DNA of 64,000 bases from a virus, in IMG/VR virus record IMGVR_UViG_3300011116_000796, positions 32,001 to 96,000 of that record. The stretch is one strand, 5' to 3'. The notes beneath the pieces are model-generated. The model did no database searches, was not told the DNA's origin, and saw only the letters and a program-made list of their open reading frames with translations. A program made the position numbers and the translations under genes. Below, one piece after another: positions 17,362 through 26,563 of this stretch (the stretch's first letter is position 1; each line of letters starts with the position of its first letter).

Positions 17362-18075
17362 TTATGAGAAAAAATCCTGAATACCTCTTAGATGAATGGA
17401 TTCTTCACTTCCACAATGCTTGCATGTATAATCGATGTTTTTTGAAATTTGAGGCATAGTTTCAAAGAATTTTGATAGAGTTTTAAATTGTGCTTGAGTT
17501 AAGTTGTCGATGAAATCAACAACCTCTTTGAGACTAAGTTCTTTTGTGTTAAATGTATTGTCAGGTGTGTGTATTTTATCAATACACAATGCCATCATGT
17601 TAACAAGTTTCTCTGTGTCAGATTCGATTTTTTGTATAACTTCTACGTCCGAAAATTTGGGATACCGTAATTCAATTATCACACCTTTAGATATCTCAAC
17701 TTTTTTACTGTGAGTTTTATCACTTGTTGGGTCAATACTATCGATCTTGATTTCAATGGTGTTTAGTTTACTGCACTTTTTGCACTTTAGAGTTGGTTTT
17801 GCGCTCTCTCCAATTGATTTACTTCGTATCTTCAGAAAAAGATACTCAATGTCAACCATCGGAGCAGATGACATGTCGATTTTTCCAAACGTACACGCCG
17901 ACACTACATCTTGAACCGCTCGTAGAATTTCTTTTTCGTTTTTTGATTCCGAAGCAATTAATAATACCTTTTCCTCTTTTACTAGAAACGGTCTGTATTC
18001 AATTTTGTCGCCGTTACTAGGTAAGGTTAATTCGTATGATGGTGTTGTTGGTATCAGATTTGATAATGTGCCCAT
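17362..18075 (-). CDS. 26: Baseplate hub subunit / assembly chaperone
   Basis: PSYELTLPS, YRPFLVKEEKVLLIA, DIEYLFLKIRSKSIGE, two CxxC pairs, FFETMP, GIQDFF. Confidence 0.93.
   Translation of the reverse strand: MGTLSNLIPTTPSYELTLPSNGDKIEYRPFLVKEEKVLLIASESKNEKEILRAVQDVVSACTFGKIDMSSAPMVDIEYLFLKIRSKSIGESAKPTLKCKKCSKLNTIEIKIDSIDPTSDKTHSKKVEISKGVIIELRYPKFSDVEVIQKIESDTEKLVNMMALCIDKIHTPDNTFNTKELSLKEVVDFIDNLTQAQFKTLSKFFETMPQISKNIDYTCKHCGSEESIHLRGIQDFFS
17368..17374 (-). other. Putative -1 ribosomal slippery site T TTT TTC
   Basis: GAT TTT TTC TCA TAA at the gp26 3' end; the -1 frame reads directly into the gp51-like ORF. Confidence 0.7.
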
Positions 18076-18092
18076 GTTAATCTCCTAATTTT

Positions 18093-18989
18093 TCACAGAT
18101 CCCCTAACATTCCTTGTGCTTGTGATATGAAAGTCACACCTCTTTGTAGTATCGACCTTTCAAGTTGCATTTGCGCCTGTCTTCTTTGGTTCTCAGCAAA
18201 ATCTCTTTGTGCTTCTTCAAGTGTGGCACGAACAACATCGCTTCTTGTGTATACATTTTCTGCTTGCCGAAGTAATTGTGATCTTGCAAGAATGTCTTCT
18301 GCTGTTGGTCTAACTTGTTGAATTGTGAAATTGCCATTGTCATCAACAAGACGAACTCCGCTATTAATATCAGATGGTTTTGGTTCCTTTATGAGAGTGA
18401 TTTCACGGAACATGAAATCCACTTTTACCTTAAGGGGTTCGGTTGCCGATGCATAGTTTTGCGACCCACCATTTACTGTAAAATTGTATGGATATATTTC
18501 AGACAACTTTATTCCAGCAATTTGTTCTAACTCAACCATAGCCTTGAGGCCACCTTCAAACGAAGAGACAATGTTAGGCATCTGTGCGATGATTATAGAA
18601 GAACCTTTAGCATAATCATCATAATATGATTGTTGCTTCGTGGTTGGATCGATTATGATGTTTTGCCACATCTGAAACATGTTCTTTTCAAACATATCTC
18701 CTAACACATAAAACTCAACCGAAACACCAGCAGAGTTGTTGGTGTTGATTCCATACGGAATGAGTCTAACTGGTTGGGTCACAGACATTTCATGTGTCGT
18801 GAATGATTTGGATGGTTGTGATACAGAGGCGCATGTCATTGCGAGTCTCTGTGTTATACTATTTGCGGGTATCCCAATTTGGGATGCAACATATGGGTTG
18901 GGCTGAATTAAAACAAGATAGCGGTTTGCCTTCGCAAATCCCTTATCTCGCATGTTTGCGATGAAACTATCTACAAATTTGATCGTCAT
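18093..18989 (-). CDS. Tail-tube-fold protein, probably baseplate-tail tube initiator (gp54-like)
   Basis: GFAKANRYLV, C.SVSQP, F..WQN.I, YYDDY, L.EIYP, VKVDFMFRE match the gp19/gp54 fold. Upstream ATAAATA at 19003-19009. Confidence 0.75.
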   Translation of the reverse strand: MTIKFVDSFIANMRDKGFAKANRYLVLIQPNPYVASQIGIPANSITQRLAMTCASVSQPSKSFTTHEMSVTQPVRLIPYGINTNNSAGVSVEFYVLGDMFEKNMFQMWQNIIIDPTTKQQSYYDDYAKGSSIIIAQMPNIVSSFEGGLKAMVELEQIAGIKLSEIYPYNFTVNGGSQNYASATEPLKVKVDFMFREITLIKEPKPSDINSGVRLVDDNGNFTIQQVRPTAEDILARSQLLRQAENVYTRSDVVRATLEEAQRDFAENQRRQAQMQLERSILQRGVTFISQAQGMLGDL

Positions 18990-18992
18990 GGT

Positions 18993-19595
18993 TTACTTAC
19001 TATATTTATTAGCCCATGTCCAAACTTCTTCACGGGTAGCACCCTGAAATTTCTCAAGGGGCATGAATGTGGTGTACTTCCATTCGTTTGATGGAACCAC
19101 ATTGATTTTGGTAACTACAGAACTAACTAGGTACCTTTTAATCGCAGCCCTGAACGGCTTTAGTTTAGGTAAACTCTGCAACATCGGGTATGTTACTTCA
19201 AAAAGTGCTTTGGGGGTCTTTGTGTAGTTTGGATTATCTACAAACCTAAGCAAGGAATTCAGGAAATTTGCTCTGATGTCAGGTCTTAAATAGTGTAAGT
19301 TCAGCCCTAGAAACGAGTCTGTTTCTTTATGAAGCATTATCACTAATGGGAAACTATCCCAAAATTTCAAGTTTTCGGTCTTGGGGTCGTAACCAAAAAA
19401 TAGCATTGCCCCCTCTTTGATTTTATTTGGGGATGTAATTTGAGAGGGGTGTTGGCGATTATAATGATCAGACTTGATTTGCGTCTTGATCTTTGAAAGG
19501 TTCGTAGCCAGCCACCTAGTGGACTCATTTGAGAACAGATCCTTTCCAGACCTGTCAAATTCAGTTAATATTCGGTTTACTTCTTTTTTACTCAT
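18993..19595 (-). CDS. 2: DNA end protector protein
   Basis: G.MLFFGYDPKT, WDSFPLV, FLGLNLHYL, IKRYL, EW....MPLEKF, VW. Confidence 0.92.
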   Translation of the reverse strand: MSKKEVNRILTEFDRSGKDLFSNESTRWLATNLSKIKTQIKSDHYNRQHPSQITSPNKIKEGAMLFFGYDPKTENLKFWDSFPLVIMLHKETDSFLGLNLHYLRPDIRANFLNSLLRFVDNPNYTKTPKALFEVTYPMLQSLPKLKPFRAAIKRYLVSSVVTKINVVPSNEWKYTTFMPLEKFQGATREEVWTWANKYSK

Positions 19596-20062
19596 TGATT
19601 ACCTGTTTTTGAGAATAAAACATCCTCTGTGATAATTTTGAACTCCCATCCTCGGTCCTCACAAACTTGTTTCGCCGCTGACCATTTAGCGTTATTGACG
19701 AGCCAATTTCGCATCTCTCTTATCTTAGACCTAGATGTTCTCTTATTTTTTGGAGGATCAGGTTTCTTGGTTTGTGCTTTTGGTTTTACTTCGATCAGAT
19801 ACTCTTTGTTTTCTCCGTCTTTGGTCTTAACTCTCACCCAAAAATCAACGAAGTATCTGTGTGCTTTTCCATCTATAGGAGAGATGTATTTGATTACAAT
19901 TTCTTCGGAAGACCATTCCAATATAGAGGAGTTCTCGTCGCAGAATATCATAAATTTCCGCTCCCACAAAGACCGATAGAAGCAGTTAGTCGGATTGCCC
20001 CTGTACTTCTCTGTGTTTTTGGGGCGATATTTACCTTTGTAACTTTCGTTGGATCTTTTGAT
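19592..20062 (-). CDS. 4: Head completion protein (TnsA-like nuclease fold); start extended to a probable ATC codon
   Basis: YKGKYRPKNTEKYRGNPTNCFYRSLWE upstream of the track's TTG, plus WSSEE, HRYFVDF, IEVKP, NNAKW. SD AGGAGG lies 6 nt before ATC 20062. Confidence 0.9.
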   Translation of the reverse strand: MKRSNESYKGKYRPKNTEKYRGNPTNCFYRSLWERKFMIFCDENSSILEWSSEEIVIKYISPIDGKAHRYFVDFWVRVKTKDGENKEYLIEVKPKAQTKKPDPPKNKRTSRSKIREMRNWLVNNAKWSAAKQVCEDRGWEFKIITEDVLFSKTGNQ

Positions 20063-20076
20063 ATGAACCCTCCTGT

Positions 20077-20103
20077 TATTTATCGAAACTTATCTACTAA
20101 ATA
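20077..20103. promoter_or_regulatory. Back-to-back divergent late promoters
   Basis: ATAAATA on minus (20077-20083) toward gp4; CTAAATA on plus (20097-20103), 5 nt before the gp48 ATG. Confidence 0.75.
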
Positions 20104-20108
20104 GTTCT

Positions 20109-21287
20109 ATGCTAGAAAATCTAAACTTATCTTCATTGATACCAGAGGGCGGAATGCCATCTCTCTCCTCACTTTATCCTGAGGGAGCAGTCAATTGGAC
20201 TTTAGAACAAGCCCGAGAAATCGCAAGATATGGAAAAGAGTCTTATAGCGAGTTATTTCAAGAGAAACTAACTGAACAGCCTAAGTCTGCTCCACCGATA
20301 CTTGTTTACCCTGCCGATCTTGGAAATTCTCAAGAGTATCAGTTTTCGGTTCGTTTTGATATCTACGAGACCGGTGGTTTGAATCTACGAAGACAGAGGT
20401 TTATTCAGGATAAGTTTGCACAACTTACGATAGAGTCTATTAGAGATGCAGGAGGAAGCCTGAGTGCAAAACAATTTCTGTCGCTGGCGGGTTCAGCGGT
20501 TTCCCCTGCTCTGGAGGCACTGACTATTCCTGAGTTACTCAATCCAGGAGTGAATTCAAATTCAGGCAGAGACACATTCGTAGAGGAACAAGTTGGATTG
20601 AATGATCTTACTGAACATGTTGCTACTGTATATTTGTATCTTCCAGGTGCATTAAACTTCGGTTATAAAATGGATTATCAAGATGCAGACAAGTCCGGTC
20701 TTGAAATCGGAAAATTACTGAGAAGTCTAACAGAGACACAAACTGAGGAGGGCGGGGCTATGCAAGCAGAAATTGCAAGGAAACTTGGATTTGCTGCTGT
20801 ACGAGCGGCGGATTCTGTGACTGAGTTGTTGGGTGGTAAGGATGCACTTTTAGCGGACATGCAATTAAAAAACAGACAGATTGAAAATCCGTTTAATGTT
20901 CACTTGTTCAGGGGAGTTGGGAGAAGATCTTTTAAGTTCTCTTTCAACATGATTCCGAGATCATATACTGAAGCAGTTGCAATAGATAACATCACAAGAA
21001 TTTTTAAACAGTATGCACACCCAAAAAGATCTGCTGGTGGAAGATTTTTGGATTTTCCCGCTGAGTTCGGGATTTCTTTCTTGTATCAGAACAAAGAGAA
21101 TATTCGTTTACCAAAAATTAGAAAGTGTGCGCTCACTGGAATAAATTTGGTCTACGGAGAAAACACATTTACAGCAACAAAACCTGATGCTATGGGTGTT
21201 GTTAGTCCAACTAAGGTAACTTTAGAACTTGAATTCAGTGAACTTGAAATTCTGACACAACAGAGTATCACAGAACAAGGAGCATAA
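20109..21287 (+). CDS. 48: Baseplate tail tube cap
   Basis: YPADL, VYLYLP, NPFNVHLFRGVGRRSFKFSF.MIPRS..EA..I..I..IFK, P.EF.I, C.LT.I...Y, LELEFSELEILT. Confidence 0.9.
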   Translation: MLENLNLSSLIPEGGMPSLSSLYPEGAVNWTLEQAREIARYGKESYSELFQEKLTEQPKSAPPILVYPADLGNSQEYQFSVRFDIYETGGLNLRRQRFIQDKFAQLTIESIRDAGGSLSAKQFLSLAGSAVSPALEALTIPELLNPGVNSNSGRDTFVEEQVGLNDLTEHVATVYLYLPGALNFGYKMDYQDADKSGLEIGKLLRSLTETQTEEGGAMQAEIARKLGFAAVRAADSVTELLGGKDALLADMQLKNRQIENPFNVHLFRGVGRRSFKFSFNMIPRSYTEAVAIDNITRIFKQYAHPKRSAGGRFLDFPAEFGISFLYQNKENIRLPKIRKCALTGINLVYGENTFTATKPDAMGVVSPTKVTLELEFSELEILTQQSITEQGA

Positions 21288-21288
21288 G

Positions 21289-22182
21289 ATGCCGTATTTC
21301 TCCGAGATGCCCACCTTTGACTATCCGGACATAGTTAAAGGAAAGTACAAGTTTGTAAATGCACGAAACATATTAGTTCGTGCTAAAATTATTGACTATA
21401 TCAAAAACACACAGTCCGCATATATCAATTACACAATAAAGGACGGAGAAAGACCAGAACATATTGCTTATAGGGTCTACGGACAATCAGACTTGCATTG
21501 GGTTATTCTTCTGTTTAACGAAATAATAGATCCATTGTTTGAATGGCCGATTTCAAGTAGTGATTTAGAGTCATCTGTTTTAAGGAGATATGATGGTAAA
21601 ACTTTATTTGTGAACCTGAGAAAAACTCAGTACTCAAAAAATGGAGTTTTGCAAATAGCAAATCAATCGTATAAAGACATATGGTATGAGATCGGCGGCA
21701 AAGTCACCCAAGGAAATGCAACAGCAACTGTTTTGGATTGGGATCCTGATTTGTACAAGTTGGTAATCAGACAAGATAGCGCAGCGTCATTCAGAGTTAC
21801 TCCTGGAATACTAGATCCATTAAGTCAGAATAGAGATCTTGTTCATGTTAGAAGTGATGGAATTGCTTTGTATTCTCCAGTTGGAAGGGTGGTTGATCAG
21901 AACAGATACTCCGTTCACCACTTTGAGGACGCAGACAGTGGCGAAATACAAGATCATCACTCCCTCCTAATCAACAACAACGAAGCAGTCAATGCAAGTA
22001 TTCTCGACTATTACGCCACATATAACACAGAACTGATTAGATTGCCGGGTAAAGATGTTATATCAGTTTCTAACTATCAGCACGAAATCAATAAAAATGA
22101 CAAGAAACGAAACATAAAGATGATGCGTCCGGATTTGATCGATGTCATAATTAAAGACATGAGAAGGATATTCGATGGCTGA
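21289..22182 (+). CDS. 53: Baseplate wedge protein
   Basis: MPYFSEMP.F.Y, YTIKDGERPEHIAYRVYG, LHWVILLFNEIIDP.FEWP, VSNYQHE..KNDKKRNIK. Confidence 0.93.
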   Translation: MPYFSEMPTFDYPDIVKGKYKFVNARNILVRAKIIDYIKNTQSAYINYTIKDGERPEHIAYRVYGQSDLHWVILLFNEIIDPLFEWPISSSDLESSVLRRYDGKTLFVNLRKTQYSKNGVLQIANQSYKDIWYEIGGKVTQGNATATVLDWDPDLYKLVIRQDSAASFRVTPGILDPLSQNRDLVHVRSDGIALYSPVGRVVDQNRYSVHHFEDADSGEIQDHHSLLINNNEAVNASILDYYATYNTELIRLPGKDVISVSNYQHEINKNDKKRNIKMMRPDLIDVIIKDMRRIFDG

Positions 22183-23494
22183 ATTTAGATCAGATAGAAT
22201 TTATCGTGCGGGTGATGTGATTGTTGATGATGTCACGATAATTTCTTACTCAGGATTTAGACTCGACCTTCGTAAGATGGTGAGTGACTTTTCGATATAC
22301 GAGGACATATATTCAAATTGCTTGTCAGGATCTCTCGTCTTTTCAGATTCGATGAACTTAGTTAAAAACACACCCATAGTTGGTGATGAAGATTTGTTTA
22401 TCACATTTTATACTCCAGGTGTAGACAGTATTCCGAGAAAAGTTCGATTCAAGATTTTCAAGATCTCTACTTATGTTCGTGGTGCTTCACCAAACGCAAT
22501 TGCAGTGAGATTGGAATTTGTATCACACATGTCGGAGATTTCGATCAGAACAAAACTCAATAGAGTAATGAAAAACCTTACATTTGCAGAGATGGCTACT
22601 GCGGTTCATAATCAGTTCAGAGAAGCACCCTTAAGAGATGAAACTGAAAAAGTAAAAGAACTGAAGACCGAAGAGACATTTGGAAAATCTACGGTTATTA
22701 TTCCAAATTGGTCTCCTTTGTATGCAATTAATTGGTTTGCACATAGAGCAGTTTCTTTACAAAACACATCAATAGCCGACTATCTTTATTACGAGACTCT
22801 TGATGGGTTTCGTTTTAGGTCAATGTCTTCTTTGAAGTTAGAAAATCCAGTGTGCACATATAAATCTGCACCTGGTGGATTTAGATCCATTGGTGGAGAT
22901 AGGATGATTGAATCCGAATTGAGAAATATCACAAGTTATTCTGTTCGTGATTTAGGTGATAAGTTAAAAGAAACTTCTATGGGTGTCTATGCATCTAACA
23001 TGCTTGTGCATCAAATGACTAGTAAATCATACTACTCTCAATTATACTCATATAAATCTGAATTCAATCAAACACCTCATTTGAACAAAGGGAGGATGGT
23101 CGTATATGATAATCCTGTCCAAGATAAATTTCTGGCGCACACGAAATACTACTCAAAAAACTATTTTCAGTTTGATGATTTACAAGACACCAGTTTCATT
23201 GATATTGCACAGAGCAGACAATCATTATTGAATCAGATGAATGCTATGACACTAGTGATTGATGTTTATGGTGATTCGACTATTCGTGTAGGTAATATCA
23301 TTAATGTGGAATTCTTCTCTCAGGAATACACTAAAGACAAAAATGATTTTTTGGACTCATACTTGTCAGGAAAATACATGATCACATCGATATTACACAA
23401 CATTGTTGATGGTGTTCATACTATGAGAATGACGATTGCTAGAGACTCTTATTATGAATACTTGCCAGATAAGAAGGCGCAGGAATTGAAATGA
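22175..23494 (+). CDS. Baseplate hub protein (gp27-like)
   Basis: IYEDIYS..LSG, P+VG.E, IIPNWSP..AI.W, YLYYET.DGF.F.S, GDS.IRVG, SGKYMITSI.H; upstream of gp5. Confidence 0.8.
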   Translation: MAEFRSDRIYRAGDVIVDDVTIISYSGFRLDLRKMVSDFSIYEDIYSNCLSGSLVFSDSMNLVKNTPIVGDEDLFITFYTPGVDSIPRKVRFKIFKISTYVRGASPNAIAVRLEFVSHMSEISIRTKLNRVMKNLTFAEMATAVHNQFREAPLRDETEKVKELKTEETFGKSTVIIPNWSPLYAINWFAHRAVSLQNTSIADYLYYETLDGFRFRSMSSLKLENPVCTYKSAPGGFRSIGGDRMIESELRNITSYSVRDLGDKLKETSMGVYASNMLVHQMTSKSYYSQLYSYKSEFNQTPHLNKGRMVVYDNPVQDKFLAHTKYYSKNYFQFDDLQDTSFIDIAQSRQSLLNQMNAMTLVIDVYGDSTIRVGNIINVEFFSQEYTKDKNDFLDSYLSGKYMITSILHNIVDGVHTMRMTIARDSYYEYLPDKKAQELK

Positions 23495-24579
23495 ATGGAT
23501 CTGAAAGAGCAGATTATGTTGGTTTAGACCATTTTTTGTGGTGGCACGGTGTTGTTGAAGATATAAACGATCCAATGAAACTTGGTCGAGTTCGTGTTCG
23601 TGTTTTAGGATGGCACACAGACAACAAAACTAGTTCAGGAATACCGACAGGAGATTTGCCTTGGGCACCTGTAATGCAACCTATTACTAGTGCTGCGATG
23701 TCGGGTATAGGCAGTTCACCGACAGGATTATTGCAAGGATCTTGGGTAGTTGGCTTTTTCTTGGATGGAAGAAATGCACAACAACCGTTTGTGATAGGAT
23801 CATATAGTGGAATTCAAAAACCAGACAAGGTAAACGCTAATTCATCTTTACCATATAATGATTTCGGTAAACCCGCAAAGAAAAATGAGTTCATGAACTA
23901 TCAGTTTGGGTTCAGAGACCCTGATGGGATTTATCCTGTAGAAGGAAGAATGGGAGAACCGGATACAAATAGACTAGTTAGGAACGAGAATACTGACTGG
24001 ACTGTTGTTAAAAAGAAGAAGGACGAAGTGGTAAGTTGTGATACTGCATTGTATGGCTCTTGGGAGGAACCAAAGACCCCATATTCTGCAAAATATCCTT
24101 ACAATCATGTTACGGAAACCAAGTCGGGACACATATTTGAGGTCGATGATACACCTGGAGCGGAAAGAATTCATAGGTATCATAAATCTGGAACATTTGA
24201 AGAGATTCATCCAAATGGGAGTGAAGTGCACAAAGTGGTTGGTAATGAGTGGAACATAACACTCAACGATAGGTTGATTTTGGTGAAGGGAAATACTACA
24301 TGGAATACAGATAAACTGATGAAAATTCGTGTGGGCAAAGATTTGGAAATTGAAACTGAAGGAAACATGCGTGTACTCGTAAAAGGTAATACCGTCATGG
24401 AGACACAGGGTAATTTCTTGCATAAGGTCAATGGCAAATTCACTTGTGCGAGTGATGGAAATATGTTGTTTGTTGCTCCAAGAATCGATTTCAACCCAAA
24501 TGGATCATCATCTAGAAAGATTCAGACTCTGTTGTCTAAATTGAGATCAACTGTCAGGAAGATATTCAGTAGGAACTGA
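23491..24579 (+). CDS. 5: Baseplate central spike (OB domain plus beta-helix, no lysozyme domain)
   Basis: WWHGVVEDINDP..LGRVRVRVLGWH, LPWA, GSWVVGFFLDG, YPYNHVTETKSGH..E.DDTPGAERIH..HKSGTF.E. Confidence 0.95.
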   Translation: MNGSERADYVGLDHFLWWHGVVEDINDPMKLGRVRVRVLGWHTDNKTSSGIPTGDLPWAPVMQPITSAAMSGIGSSPTGLLQGSWVVGFFLDGRNAQQPFVIGSYSGIQKPDKVNANSSLPYNDFGKPAKKNEFMNYQFGFRDPDGIYPVEGRMGEPDTNRLVRNENTDWTVVKKKKDEVVSCDTALYGSWEEPKTPYSAKYPYNHVTETKSGHIFEVDDTPGAERIHRYHKSGTFEEIHPNGSEVHKVVGNEWNITLNDRLILVKGNTTWNTDKLMKIRVGKDLEIETEGNMRVLVKGNTVMETQGNFLHKVNGKFTCASDGNMLFVAPRIDFNPNGSSSRKIQTLLSKLRSTVRKIFSRN

Positions 24580-24580
24580 T

Positions 24581-25183
24581 ATGATTGGACCAAGCCCATA
24601 CAAAGGTAACTTCCCAAATGTCAAGGACACAACAGTCGATCCGACATCTGTCGGAGGAGTTTTAGTTCCTGATAAAAGTATCAGGCAAGAGTTCATAGGT
24701 TTGTCGGAAGTTCCGACAATAGAGGTTCCATCAACATATGATGATGCATTACTCAATGACGAGTTATTAAATAATTTGGAGGTTGTTGAGGAGAATTTAG
24801 AGGAGGTGTTTCCTCAGTCACCCCCTAAAGAGGTGGTAGCATTTGGGATTCCTGTAGCCGATGATGTATCTCCTTTGGCATTTGGGGGTGGATTTGGAAC
24901 TAAGAAAGAATCAGAACCGATTAAATTAGGAAGTTCATTATCTTTAGATGAAACGAGAGTGCTACTTAAAAACTCTGTGATTTCAATCGGGATTAGTGGT
25001 GGAGTAGGAGGCGACTATGAATTGGGAACCAAACTGATTTACAGTTTGGAACAGCAGAAAAAACTCAACCAGATTCTTTCTACACAGTATGTTCCGGAGA
25101 ATTTGGACACTCAGATTGTCCCCGATGCTCCTTTATTTGTGGTTGGAGATCCTCCCACCGTTGTTGATGGGGGAGATTTCTAA
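24581..25183 (+). CDS. Hypothetical acidic protein, probably virion-associated
   Basis: 200-aa ORF tightly coupled between gp5 and PAAR; ends in VDGGDF. Confidence 0.65.
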   Translation: MIGPSPYKGNFPNVKDTTVDPTSVGGVLVPDKSIRQEFIGLSEVPTIEVPSTYDDALLNDELLNNLEVVEENLEEVFPQSPPKEVVAFGIPVADDVSPLAFGGGFGTKKESEPIKLGSSLSLDETRVLLKNSVISIGISGGVGGDYELGTKLIYSLEQQKKLNQILSTQYVPENLDTQIVPDAPLFVVGDPPTVVDGGDF

Positions 25184-25860
25184 TGCCAATGACAAGTGAC
25201 CAATATCCGATTGAGTACTACTACCCAGGAGGTTTTGGTGCAACATCGCAGAATTGTATGTTCACTTGGAAAGCGACCGATGAGACTTTTGGAAGAACTC
25301 CCATATATGAGAATCAGAGAGTTTGCGGTAATGGTTGTAATAATTTGAGAATAACGGCAAATTATACGAGGTGTTCAGCAGCAGCCAAAAATGGAACATA
25401 TATTCCACCAAATGTGGGTGATAGGTTTACTCTTTCCGAGTGCTGTGGTCCGGGTGATGGTCCCATCAAATACGCACTTTTAGGCGGTGAATTTCCGCCC
25501 AGTTTATATTTGAATATTGACACAGGAAAATTGTGCGGATTTATAGATGGAATTGAAAAAATTGCGCCGAAACGTCTTAGTGTTCCCCCAAATTTCAGAT
25601 TCAATGAGTCTAACTATTTGTCTTTTGCAGTTGGCGGTCTTGCTGCTAGGTTTTTAGTTAGAGCATTTGATTCGGGAAATACAGGACACTATGACGATAG
25701 GTATTTAACGATGAATATCAGAACAGATTGGAGTGCTAGGCGTGATAGGTTTGTCCTAAATATCGATAATCAGTTTTACATAGATGGAAGACCAGTATCA
25801 AACAAAGAATATCTTTTGGGAATGAAAAGAAAAGGTTACTATCCAGGACCAGGATGTTGA
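25183..25860 (+). CDS. Hypothetical baseplate-region protein with a putative Ig-like (He_PIG-type) segment
   Basis: YALLGGEFPPSLYLNIDTGKLCG and FLVRAFD resemble putative Ig repeats; Cys-rich N-half. Confidence 0.6.
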   Translation: MPMTSDQYPIEYYYPGGFGATSQNCMFTWKATDETFGRTPIYENQRVCGNGCNNLRITANYTRCSAAAKNGTYIPPNVGDRFTLSECCGPGDGPIKYALLGGEFPPSLYLNIDTGKLCGFIDGIEKIAPKRLSVPPNFRFNESNYLSFAVGGLAARFLVRAFDSGNTGHYDDRYLTMNIRTDWSARRDRFVLNIDNQFYIDGRPVSNKEYLLGMKRKGYYPGPGC

Positions 25861-25866
25861 GGAAAA

Positions 25867-26154
25867 ATGCCAGCAGTACATAGACTAAGGGATATCTGCA
25901 CGGGACACGGATGTTTTCCTCCGAGACCAAATATATCAGCATCATCAAATGTGATCGTTAATAGTAGAGGGTGGCACAGAAGAAATGATGGGTGGAAAAA
26001 GCATTGTTGCGGTAAATCTTGTCACGCAAGCACCACTGCACAAGGATCAACAAGTGTGTTCGTTAATAGTAGACAGGCAGTAAGAATAGGTGATCCAGTT
26101 AAATGTGGGTCAGCAGCAGGAACAGGTTCTCCAAATGTGTTTTGTGGCGGATGA
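25867..26154 (+). CDS. PAAR spike-tip protein (gp5.4-like)
   Basis: MPAVHRLRDICTGHGCFPP, S.NVIVN, GSTSVFVN..AVRIGD, CGS..GSPNVFCGG. Confidence 0.95.
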   Translation: MPAVHRLRDICTGHGCFPPRPNISASSNVIVNSRGWHRRNDGWKKHCCGKSCHASTTAQGSTSVFVNSRQAVRIGDPVKCGSAAGTGSPNVFCGG

Positions 26155-26170
26155 TTGAGGGAAATTACAA

Positions 26171-26563
26171 ATGGCATCATTTAACGGAAATTCAGCAGAT
26201 CTAGACATCAACTTCGAAAGAAACTTGTTTACAAATGATGTTTCTGTGAAGTCAGGAGAAGAGGCCATCCGTAGGGCAGTCAAGAATCTAATTCTTCTAA
26301 AGACAAACGAGAAACCTTTTCACCCAGAGATAAATTCAGGGGTTTCCGATATTCTGTTTGAGAATGTTGATCCGATTATCATGGAAGAACTCAAGAGAAG
26401 AATCAAACAGATTATTGCACGTTATGAGCCGAGAGTATCTAAGAGCATCATCAACCTAGAATACAACATAGACCGAAACACAGTTACCGTTAAGATTCTT
26501 TACACAATAAAGAATGTTCCAACTGTATTCACGGCTGATTTAACACTACAGAGGACACGCTAA
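26171..26563 (+). CDS. 25: Baseplate wedge subunit
   Basis: DLDINF, AIRRAVKNLILL...EKPFHPE..SG...LFE, YEPRV, LQRTR. Confidence 0.95.
   Translation: MASFNGNSADLDINFERNLFTNDVSVKSGEEAIRRAVKNLILLKTNEKPFHPEINSGVSDILFENVDPIIMEELKRRIKQIIARYEPRVSKSIINLEYNIDRNTVTVKILYTIKNVPTVFTADLTLQRTR

Noticed and set aside
19592-20062. TnsA-like motif suggesting a Tn7 transposon
   Set aside because: It is gp4, which shares the TnsA N-terminal fold, in its usual position next to gp2; no transposon ends or other tns genes.
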